In this document: positions 11,067 through 20,000 of the stretch, piece after piece | Layout: each line of letters starts with the position of its first letter | Position numbering within the stretch: position 1 is the first letter of the stretch | Assembly (NCBI GenBank): GCA_010015805.1 | Contig: ML978145.1 | Span: forward strand, 176,396-196,395 | DNA from: Rhizodiscina lignyota | Taxonomy: Eukaryota | Length of the DNA: 20,000 bases | Reading direction: 5' to 3' | Translations under genes and position numbers: made by a program | The notes under the pieces: model-generated | Told to the model about the DNA's origin: nothing | The model's input: the letters and a program-made list of their open reading frames with translations, nothing else | Databases searched by the model: none

Positions 11067-12830
11067 ATGCAACAAGCTGACGTTGTCCCGGTAATTATTG
11101 TCGGAGGAGGTCCTGTCGGACTGACTTCCTCAATCCTTCTGTCATTAAGGGACATACCTCACATCTTATTCGAGAGACACCCTGACACCTCTATCCATCC
11201 AAAAGCATGTGGAATCAATCAGCGAACATCAGAAATATTCCGCGCCATAGGAGTTGAAGATGAGGTCTGTCAGCAGGCCGCCCCAATGCCAATTGCTGGT
11301 CGTACCGCATGGTATACGAGTTTGGGGGAAGACGGGCGAGAGATTATCTCGCGCGACGCCTGGGGCGGCGGCCAATACGCTGATGAGTACGCCACGTTTA
11401 GCCCTTCCCGGTACTGTATACTGCCGCAAATCCGCCTAGAACCGATTCTCAAAAGGAGAGCCATCGAGCTAAATCCAGAAGGGGTCGTCTTCAATGCCGA
11501 AGTTTTGGACGTACGGAATGAGAATGACCGCGTGCGAGTAAAGGTCAATTTCAGGGGCAAGAGTGCAAACAGCAACTCGGCCGAATTCTCCACTCAATAC
11601 GTCCTAATCGCGGATGGTGGCCGAAAATTCACCGAGCAACTTGGGATCAAATGGCTTGGTGAGCCAAATCTATTCGACATGGTCACTGCTCACATTCGCT
11701 CGCCATTGCGATCATTTCATCCGGATCCCCGTAACTTTATGACATGGTTCATCAACCCTGACATGGGGGGAAGCACAAGGACTGGCTATCTTTATCAGAT
11801 TGGACCATGGTCGTCAAACAGCCCTGATGAGGACGAATGGGTCTTTGCCTGCGGCGTAATAGAGTCTGATCCTAGGCAGTTTGACGAACCTACAATGCTC
11901 GATAGATTGAGAGGAGTTGTGGGCATTCCTGATCTCCCCGCAAAGCTCATCAGTCTAAGCCACTGGAACGTCAATGCAGTATATGCAGAGAAGTGGCGTT
12001 TGGGCCGCGTATTCCTCGTGGGGGACTCGGCGCACAAGGTACCACCGTGGGGAGCGCTTGGCATGAACAGCGGCATCCAAGACGCTCAGAACTTGGTGTG
12101 GAAGCTCCAGCTTGCCCTTCAGGATAAGGGGAAGTATGACAGGCTGCTGGATACGTATGAGACAGAACGGCTGGACATTGGCCGACGCGTTGGCCTCACA
12201 AGTCTCCACAACATGCGAAGTCATAGTAACGTCATGGACGCTGCCCTTGGGATCACTGTCGACCAATCCGCACAAAAAAACCGGGAAGAGCTTGCTTCAT
12301 TCTTCGATCCATCACATCCAGACTATTCGAAGAAGCGGGCTGCCGTAAAACGTGCCCAAGATACCCTCGACATTGAATTCAAGGCACCAGGCTTCGAGGT
12401 CGGCTGGTTCTATCCTTCGGTCGATATCAGTGGGGAAGGTGGCGACACCCATGGTGGTCAGCAAAATGCAGATGGCTCTCTCAATTCACATTATTACTTC
12501 CCATCTACGATACCGGGCCACCATCTCCCGCATGTAGTCTTGCGAAAAACCAACGAGACGGTACCGATCAGGGATCTTCTAAAGTTAAACAAGCTTGTGC
12601 TTTTCACGGAAGAGCTACGACCCGAAGTCCTTCAAGATAGACGCATTCATGTGGAAATCGTGGGACCCCAAGGGTGGCAGGATACTTCAGGCGATTGGCA
12701 GCGACTATGTCAAGGCGCTGCGGTACTGGTCAGGCCCGATGGGATAGTGGCATGGCGGGGCCAACTGAAGGACTGGACTTTCGCCTCCTGGACCAAGCTA
12801 ATTGACACCGTTCTCTTGGCCTCACATTAA
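11067..12830 (+). CDS. Group A FAD-dependent monooxygenase, phenol hydroxylase / 2,4-dichlorophenol 6-monooxygenase-like, 587 aa, intronless
   Basis: Rossmann IIVGGGPVG; ERHPDTSIHPKACGINQRTSEIFR; DG motif LIADGGR; GD motif VFLVGDSAHKVPPWGALGMNSGIQDAQNLVWKL; LLDTYETER; C-terminal thioredoxin-like domain PGHHLPHV...AVLVRPDGIVAWR. Confidence 0.93.
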   Translation: MQQADVVPVIIVGGGPVGLTSSILLSLRDIPHILFERHPDTSIHPKACGINQRTSEIFRAIGVEDEVCQQAAPMPIAGRTAWYTSLGEDGREIISRDAWGGGQYADEYATFSPSRYCILPQIRLEPILKRRAIELNPEGVVFNAEVLDVRNENDRVRVKVNFRGKSANSNSAEFSTQYVLIADGGRKFTEQLGIKWLGEPNLFDMVTAHIRSPLRSFHPDPRNFMTWFINPDMGGSTRTGYLYQIGPWSSNSPDEDEWVFACGVIESDPRQFDEPTMLDRLRGVVGIPDLPAKLISLSHWNVNAVYAEKWRLGRVFLVGDSAHKVPPWGALGMNSGIQDAQNLVWKLQLALQDKGKYDRLLDTYETERLDIGRRVGLTSLHNMRSHSNVMDAALGITVDQSAQKNREELASFFDPSHPDYSKKRAAVKRAQDTLDIEFKAPGFEVGWFYPSVDISGEGGDTHGGQQNADGSLNSHYYFPSTIPGHHLPHVVLRKTNETVPIRDLLKLNKLVLFTEELRPEVLQDRRIHVEIVGPQGWQDTSGDWQRLCQGAAVLVRPDGIVAWRGQLKDWTFASWTKLIDTVLLASH

Positions 12831-13108
12831 GTCCCGGGAGCGCAACAGATCCTTCAGGGGTTGGCCAGGGCGTCATCCTCTGTGGCATCCTCGATGCTAC
12901 AGCTACTAGTACCTCTTACTGAGACGCGACGCATTCCCTTGGCGCTTTGTCAGACAAGATCGAGCTGGAGAAAACATGCACATCTGCGTACCTAGGTAGC
13001 GCGAATGCCGGGACTGTCACTTTGTGTAGTACATGCGCCGACAGTCGATAGATGAAAAGTCCATCCGGCCTAGAGGCTAGGCTAATCTCCTTTTACTGAT
13101 CTGCATAG

Positions 13109-14426
13109 AAATGTATTTGTCAACGCGATCTCGCGATACGTACCTGCTTCTCTTGAAGGAGACTGAAAGCTTGGTAACGGAGACTGTGACCCTATGTGGC
13201 TGAAGTATGACTTTTTCCGCAGCATTTCCGACCCTGCTGACAGTAACCTGAATAATGTGAATGAGCAGTTTCAGCACTAACATAGCTCAAGTAAAGTGTT
13301 AAACTGCCGCAATTGGTCATTGCAAATCGCATTTACGTTTATAGGTGATTAACTCGTATTATGAGTCCGTAACGTTGTCAGCCTTATCAGATTAATGGAC
13401 TCGTGAAGGTCACTTCGTAGCCAGTGCAAAGGCCAGCGTGAGAATTTTTGCCTGCTCGTCTTCAAGGCACGTCGGAGTCCTCTTACCGCATAAAATCCTA
13501 CGCTCTTGACTATCATCCATGTCTCAGCTTTTGTATGCCATTCGTCACATCGAGACCAGAGGCCGCGAGTTAAAGTTAGAATACTTCAGCTCATCATCCG
13601 GAGATTTCCAGAACAAGTAAAGCGCTCCAGATGGGTCGATGACTAAGCAATATAGCAATTTATGCTTATTTCCATGCTAATCATAAAAGGTATAGACCAC
13701 GGGTCGGCCCGCCGGTCACAAGGGGCTGGGGCTAAGGCGGCTTTTCTGGCGCGACAAGTGTCAGACGGGAAATTCGGGTAAATTGCCAATTTTATATGTA
13801 TTCCGTATTCTTATACTAAACTAATGATGATGCTCGGTGATATCGGGAATGATTTTATTTTGTTGCTTTAGGGCACCGTGAGCATCGCAACACTGGCGAT
13901 GACACCTTCTCCTTTACGGGAGCACCTTGTCCTGAAGACGTATTCTTCACAGCAATAGCCGAAGGGTTGTTGAAGGTTTTTCGGAATGAAAACAGTTTTT
14001 ATACGAGGTTAGTTGTCTTCGAGTCGTTAAACTACTCCACATGTACATGCTCGAGAAAATACAGGGCAAAATTTTCAAGATGGTTCCAGCATCTGGTGGA
14101 GCATTCGAAGGTATTCATTTATCGGACGAGGGAATGTGCTCGTTCGTTTGGGACGAGATAGAATGCGCACTCTGTCAATATATACTCGGGAGAGTGGGGA
14201 CCCGATTGATTTTCCGGGATTATCAAACAAGGTGCTACTTCAAAGTATCTGGGCATGGATCAAATACACGAGAGTAATATCCAATTTTCTGCAACTTCGA
14301 GGTGATACTAGGGCCCAAGCGAACAAACTGACCACACCAGAAGGTAGTTACATTTGCAGAGCCATTACATTAATAACTACGGATTCTCTTTGCCTCCCAT
14401 ATGAGCGTCGCTATGTATATGGGTAG
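13109..14426 (+). pseudogene. Possible degenerate intron-containing gene relic(s), product unrecognised
   Basis: Several exon-like segments bounded by splice-like signals (acceptors ending 13108, 13344, 13871, 14064; donor GTTAGT at 14008). Protein-like frames are interrupted by isolated stops (TGA 13164, TAA 13278, TAA 13393). I could not build a complete gene model. Confidence 0.2.
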
Positions 14427-14604
14427 AGGTCTATCTACAATTATCGACGATTAAGCTCTTGGCCGACCATTAAAAAAATATACAGCTTCTTCCAGCTGAT
14501 GTCCAAGCCGATGAGTAGCAAACTGGAAATAGGTCTGCTGCCTGCGGGGCTCGTACGCTTATAGGGATCAAATATCATTCCAATTCGTTCATCCACAGCT
14601 TGGA

Positions 14605-17282
14605 TCACAACAATACTAGGATGAAACAGATGAAGAGCGTCTTCATCAAATATGTCGGTGCCCCCCTGCTCTGTGCTGAGCTCAAGGAAGTTGTCATAGA
14701 CGAGATGGAAGACGTGATTGTGGAGCTTCCACCGACAGTGGGTGCCGAGGTCGGCACTGGAGTCTGGATGCTCCGTGAAGACGACAAATGCAGGGTGACA
14801 GAGGACTGAATCGTAGTTGAGCTGGCGATTGGCTGGGCTCCATCTATGCCCAACGTGTGGCTGCTAAACGTTAGCGGCCCAGTACTAGTCAGTATACTCG
14901 AGCCGAGTATCCAAATCGTCTCTGTGTGGGTGTTCGGAGTATGGGTGGAGTAGTAGATTCCAGGAGTGTGAGAGCTTGTTCTAGCAAGCAGAGCCGATGA
15001 CCCTTTCGGAAGTAGTACAGAATAACCGTCTCTCGACCGAGACATCGAGACACCAGGAGCCGAACTGCGAACTTCGGTATTCGGTGGGACATTACTTTGA
15101 GACAGTGTGTTGTCCGCCTTAAGGAGATCCTTGGACATCTGAGTTTTGCTGTGTGTAACATATTTCGATGAGTCGTCCAGGAGACCGCCTAATCCTAAAG
15201 CAATATACGCGGCTAATTGCGTAGATTGGTGTGTTCGTGACATATGTTGTGTGCCATGGCCGCTTCTCGACTGTGATTTGCGGCTGCCAGGATCAAGTGT
15301 GTTTGCCGGCGGAGCAGCTCCAACGCTATTTGTAGCTTCTGGATCGTCTTTTGCTGGCAGATGGGAGAGCGAAGTGGATTCTCGATGGTGATGGGAATGG
15401 GAATGAGTGCCGCCTTCAGCATCTCCAATGGAGGTTGAAGTATCCCATGTAGAGCTTTTGGCATCGGCTGGTGCCTGTGGGAACTCACTGGACAATCTCT
15501 TCGCATAAGAATCCTCAGAGTCAGATCGAGAAACTGTCTTGAGACGGCCCGAATGCTTTGAGGACGGTTGGCTTGGGGCATCCATAGAGAGGTGTATCTT
15601 AGGAGATCGTGTCCTTGTTGCTATCGATGGGTGAGGGGTCAGTGCAGGTGATGCTTTCGTTGATGAATGACTAGTCGAAGGTGGAGATGGTGTCATCAAG
15701 CCTGTTGTAACGGTGGTGAGCGCATATGGCGGATCGTATATGCCATCTAGCGCGAGATCGCAGTTCCTCCAGGCTGGGTGTAGACTTCTTACTGCATCCG
15801 GCACAGCAAGCGTTGGCGCGTAGTTCTCGCTCCAGAGGACGGAGCATGAACCCTCCCAGCAAGATGACTCTCCATTCCTCGCGGACCACGGAACCTCTTG
15901 GCCAGGAATGAAATCTGCAAAGTTGTATGGGAACTGATGGTATTGTCGATATCTTAGGCTACGCAACGACGCAGATTCAATGGTAATCATTGTCCCAGAA
16001 TAAGTGGTAACAGGAAAGTTGGACAGAGCTGAGGCGACTGCCGATGGCATATCTGTAAAGCATACAGAGGGATACGTGGCTGAGATACGGTTAAACCAAA
16101 CATATGCTCTATCAGCTCGGAGCGTGTATTTTCCAAGTGTAGTGATACCGAATTTCGTGCCGTTGAGAGGTTGTGGGTGATTGTATATCAGACCCGAAGC
16201 TACCGGCTGAGATGCACACATGTTGCGTGAAACAGTAGATGGCACTGCAAAGAAGTAGACTTTGACAGAATCGGCTGCGATAGTACATCTGTCACAACTG
16301 GGCGGGGCAGTAGCGCACATCGGCAGATGGACCGTGAAGGATTCTGGTTGGCCGGACCATTGCTGTTGTGCAGATTTCAGCAAGTTCACACAGTCGACGG
16401 GCTGGATTGAGCAGGTTGGTGCCGGTATGGGACACTGTGCAAAAACTGGGTTCGTAAGCCTGGGTCGATAGGTTGTTGTAACCACCTCCGATATCCCTGT
16501 GGTAGAAGCAGGCTGGGGTACAGCATAAGTGAGGCTTCCGCAGGAGACTGTTCGGGGACCCTTGTAAAGTGTTGTGATGCTGGTTTTAGGCGGATCTAAA
16601 GACATAAAGAGAGACCCGCATGCTGAAGTGAGGATAGAAACGCATGAGCTGTTCCAAGAATAGAATTCGGCGGAGCATCGTGACGCGTAATGTGATCCTG
16701 CCAAGTGCGTCAGTTACAATGGAGCAGTTGGGAGTAGCTCATGCCAACGAAATGGCGACATAGGTACTTGTGTCTTACCATTTCCAAGAGACTCGACGGC
16801 CCATAACTGACTGGTATTCTTGGGGAAACCAATTGTTGCGGACGTTGTGAACATCGAGTCAGTATCTGTTCCGCATTTCATTTCTTCGATGACCTTAATC
16901 CACATCTCGGTTATAGTAGACCGAGTCCTTAAGGTTGTAGTCCCGAAGCCGCTACTATTGTATCGCTGTTGAGCGCTAGTGGTGCTTGTGATACGCAGAC
17001 CCTTGGCCTGACTACCGCTGGCCGATGTAAAGCTGCTTGGGGATGGTATAGAGAAGGCTAAATGAATTGAGACGGCATGAGACACAGGCGATGGAGTTGA
17101 GAGTCCGGAAGTGACATCGTCTTTGTTTTTCCCATGTGGTGGCATTGCGACGCGTGTGGTATTACTATAATCTGTAGCAAATCAATAACAGCGAGAGGGC
17201 TAGAGAGTCAGGTTCCTTAACGGTAAAATGCATTGCAAAGCCGTGTTAGACATATAAAAGAGAGAATGGCTTGGGTGTACAT
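14605..17282 (-). CDS. Secreted Cys-rich plus Ser/Thr-rich cell-surface protein with probable GPI-anchor signal, ~848 aa; exons 17282-17222, 17171-16779, 16697-14605
   Basis: Signal peptide-like MYTQAILSFICLTRLCNA-FY from the ATG at 17282. Phase-1 introns 17221-17172 (weaker donor GTTAAG) and 16778-16698 (GTAAGA...CTGAC...CAG) join the 143-aa and 699-aa ORFs. Central Cys-rich domain (CDRCTI...YNFADF...YAPTLAVP...LHPAWRNC...GIYDPPYAL), long S/T-rich stalk and hydrophobic C-terminus (SSAQSRGAPTYLMKTLFICFILVLL). Confidence 0.8.
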
Positions 17283-17954
17283 GGGAGCGTGCCTACAAAA
17301 ATTGAATTTCGGGTTCTGCTGCGTTTGGTGCTGTGCAATCCTGATATTGATGAGATGGTAAAGTAGTCAACAAACAAAGGACAACGAGGGAATAGAAGGA
17401 ATATGATAGAATGAAAGCTGAACAGATACAATGGAATCCGCTAAGAAAGACGATTGTGGCCATGCAATGCAGCCAGATCCTTCATGGCTGCTTCAGCTGC
17501 TCTGTCTCCTAAGGCTGCCATCCACGAAATCGTATGTTCTCTACCAATCGTACCAATACCAACCTAAGCGTTTATGGCTACCTTCATTAGATCCCCTGAT
17601 GGGTTTCTAAAGCTTTTACCTTGGCTCAAATTGATTTCTTAGTATGGTCTGCTGGAATTGAAGGTCTGCGCACTTCGTTGCCTGACTGCCTCCTCTTCGC
17701 TTCTGCAGTCTACGCATTGAATCACAGTGGGGATGGCTCAGAGACGAGCCTAAGCGGCTGCTGTGCCGCAGCCTCATCGTTGTTTCGTGGTCTCGCTTCG
17801 GAACGGAGATAACGAATCAGCTGTGTGGGCAAGAGAGCAGTAATCTTCAGGAGTATTGTAATTATAAGGATAGAAAGAGTATTCTCAAGACAGTCATTAT
17901 TTAGAAAGTGAATTTCCGTATTCGCCGTTGTTGTATTCAAGGCGAAATGTGAGT

Positions 17955-17969
17955 GAGAGAGAGAGAGAG
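17955..17969. repeat. (GA)7 microsatellite
   Basis: gagagagagagagag read directly from the sequence. Confidence 0.85.
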
Positions 17970-18698
17970 GCCAGATGTTGAAAAAGAGAGAGGTCGGCCC
18001 GAGTCAGGGGGTGTCGCGGTACCGTAGACCTTGGCGACTGTGCCTCTTCCTCAATCTTTCATCATTATTCAACTTCAACATCGTGTTTGCAGTAGCTACG
18101 AAACACTGCAACAGATGCTACATTCATTAATGCGTACCCCGTAGCTAGCACTACATTTATACTGCATAGAGCGTTGTTACTTTGGTCTGGCCGTCAATAT
18201 GTCGCCGTGGCTCCGCAGACAATAAACCCACACTACGAACTGCGCTTCCTTTCCCGGCCTTGCCGTCACTCAGCCTCACCAGAAGAATCATAGACGAATA
18301 CTTCGTACAAAGTTGTTTCGAGCAAGCGTAGTGAAGCCCATGGTGCCCTCGGACTGAATGAAGGAGCCGGATTTCTCTGGGAGACCATACGACACAACAT
18401 CACACATTCACGAGACGATGCTTCTTGAACCCTTTCCTTCGGCCCCCACCGAATCTCCATAAGCGTGACAAACAAATGATAACGATGGATAAGCTATCCG
18501 GTATGTGTCAAGGACTGGAAAGTGCAAAATTTGCGTATATTGCGGAGCAGATTCTTTCGTATTGACAGACTCCGGATGAAGAGATTTTGAGACAGGATTA
18601 GCGAGACTAAATCCTAGGCGATCAACAACATTCATGTCCCATTCTGTTTGCGTCTTCCATTTTTTTCAAGACAGAAAAAAGGGGTTTGCTGTACATTC

Positions 18699-19589
18699 TC
18701 AGTACGAGCCTTTTCCTGCACTACCACTCACGTCAATCAGCCATTCGACTCTCCTTCGTACCCTGTCGACTCCTTGCTCCATAAATTCAGTTAACGGCAG
18801 CTTCCCTGCACTTGTACCCAAATGTCCTAGATAGTCTTCTAATACCAACTGATTCACATTCAGCTTTGTCATGCCACCATGAATGCATCTCTGCATCAGG
18901 TCGTCTTCAAATCCGTTCGTGCCATGCAAAACCAGCCTTACATCTCTCTGTCGGCAAACCCGTCGGATTTCTGCTAGCCTGTCGAAGTCTAGCTGTGGCC
19001 CCGCGGGAGGATAATCGCCATGTATGTTGCCAAATGCAGGAGCGAGCATATCTACTCCTGTGTTGATGAACTCTTCAGCCTCCGCCGCTGTAGTCTCCAT
19101 GCCTTTAAGATCATTCAGAGCCGTATCCCCAACGCCATCTTCACCGCCTTCAATACGTCCAGGTTCGGCTTCCGTCGCGATGCCTCTCTCATGAAGATAC
19201 TGCACCAGTTCCTTCGTCTTTGCCAAATTCTCAACCTTCTCATAATGGCTCATGTCGATCATGATAGAGTCAAATGGGAGGTCCTCTCGATGGTCTGCGA
19301 TATATTTGATCTGATTTTCATCCTGAGCATGGTCAAGGTGTACGGATATAGGTACGCTTGCTCTTCGCGCAGCATCCGCTGCGCATCTGATGAGGAGTCC
19401 ATCGGAGAAGGTAACAGCCCAAGGGAAGAAGAGGATGATGAAAGGTGCCTTTTTGGTCTCTGCCGCACCGATGAAGGCAATTAGATGCTCTATGTTGTAC
19501 ACAATTGCTGCGGTCACGCCATATCTGCCTTCTTCAGCGGCCCTCAGAATCTCGAGCGTTCTGTTCCCATAAAGCCACGAAGTAGGCAT
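18699..19589 (-). CDS. Class II (metal-dependent) ketose-bisphosphate aldolase family protein, 296 aa, intronless
   Basis: Motifs PISVHLDHA, FDSIMIDMSH, EAEPGRIEGGEDG, TGVDMLAPAFGNIHG, LVLHG and KLNVN. The catalytic Asp and three metal-binding His positions of class II FBP/TBP aldolases are present. Confidence 0.92.
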   Translation of the reverse strand: MPTSWLYGNRTLEILRAAEEGRYGVTAAIVYNIEHLIAFIGAAETKKAPFIILFFPWAVTFSDGLLIRCAADAARRASVPISVHLDHAQDENQIKYIADHREDLPFDSIMIDMSHYEKVENLAKTKELVQYLHERGIATEAEPGRIEGGEDGVGDTALNDLKGMETTAAEAEEFINTGVDMLAPAFGNIHGDYPPAGPQLDFDRLAEIRRVCRQRDVRLVLHGTNGFEDDLMQRCIHGGMTKLNVNQLVLEDYLGHLGTSAGKLPLTEFMEQGVDRVRRRVEWLIDVSGSAGKGSY

Positions 19590-19708
19590 TCTAGATACAG
19601 GGGTGCGCTGAATGGTTATATGATATTATTACTGAAGCTCTACGAGCTAAGATCCATTTACCGGGATAGTCGCTTCCTACGGTGAGAGAGAGATTTTCAT
19701 TCGCCCTT

Positions 19709-20000
19709 TTAGGCCATTTCTGGCCCACGTGGGGGTTCCTGCCTGACTAATCATACAATATGCCTTATAATCCCTTTAAAATAAACACTTTTTATGAAAG
19801 CTTTGGCTCCTTTCAAGTATTCAGGCCTTAAACAGTGTGCTTCAGGCCTGTTCCATCTGTTCCTTCACTCCCTGGCCTCCCTGCCTTGCCTTCCTCCTTG
19901 TGCCTGTGCCTGAGCCTTTGCCTCCCTTTGTGCCAGCACTTGTGTTTGCAGCTTTGTGACCTCTGCCTTGAGTGTATCCAAGTCGGTTTGTAAGGCTGCT
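19709..20000 (-). other. CpG-depleted segment with a coiled-coil-like reading frame entering from the right edge (3' end of a gene, or a methylated repeat/transposon relic)
   Basis: Frame from 19999: AALQTDLDTLKAEVTKLQTQVLAQREAKAQAQAQGGRQGREARE* (TGA 19867-19865). The same frame continues with one more TGA (19753-19751) to TAA at 19711-19709. Only one CpG in 19731-20000 versus about 20 GpC. Confidence 0.4.

Noticed and set aside
13068..13082. Small hairpin GCCTAG-agg-CTAGGC suggestive of a Helitron 3' end
   Set aside because: Only a 6-bp stem, geometry does not match a hairpin followed by a terminal CTRR, and no Rep/helicase sequence is visible.
17722..17940. 72-aa minus-strand ORF with a hydrophobic stretch downstream of the CT-rich tract
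   Set aside because: TTG start, several stops in the downstream frame and no recognisable product; it could be a relic or UTR but cannot be supported.
18266..18635. Two overlapping minus-strand ORFs downstream of the aldolase, with a faint HET-like YxxLSFV/WG resemblance
   Set aside because: The resemblance needs a frameshift and the other HET motifs are absent; insufficient evidence.
1..20000. CRISPR arrays, rRNA/tRNA genes, intact transposases, Starship captain recombinase, PKS/NRPS core genes
   Set aside because: None seen. The sequence is eukaryotic with spliceosomal introns and shows no repeat-spacer arrays or the relevant protein motifs.

Overview
Gene-dense window from a filamentous ascomycete (Pezizomycotina-type genes with 49-89 nt GT-AG introns and CTRAY-like branch points). 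I reconstructed splice models by hand. Left to right: the 5' end of a probable secreted amidase-like gene (minus strand, runs off the left edge), a conserved-looking hypothetical membrane-anchored protein, a DAL5/ACS-family MFS permease, a Zn(II)2Cys6 transcription factor, a cytochrome P450 transcribed divergently from an intronless group A FAD-dependent phenol monooxygenase, a ~1.7 kb stretch that may hold gene relics, a secreted Cys-rich plus Ser/Thr-rich GPI-anchor-type protein, an intronless class II ketose-bisphosphate aldolase, and a strongly CpG-depleted coiled-coil reading frame at the right edge. The most interesting feature is the compact transporter + regulator + P450 + flavin monooxygenase (possibly + amidase) unit with no PKS/NRPS/terpene backbone gene in view. 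It looks like a co-regulated catabolic or detoxification cluster for an unknown aromatic compound. No database searches were run; family calls rest on motif recognition.
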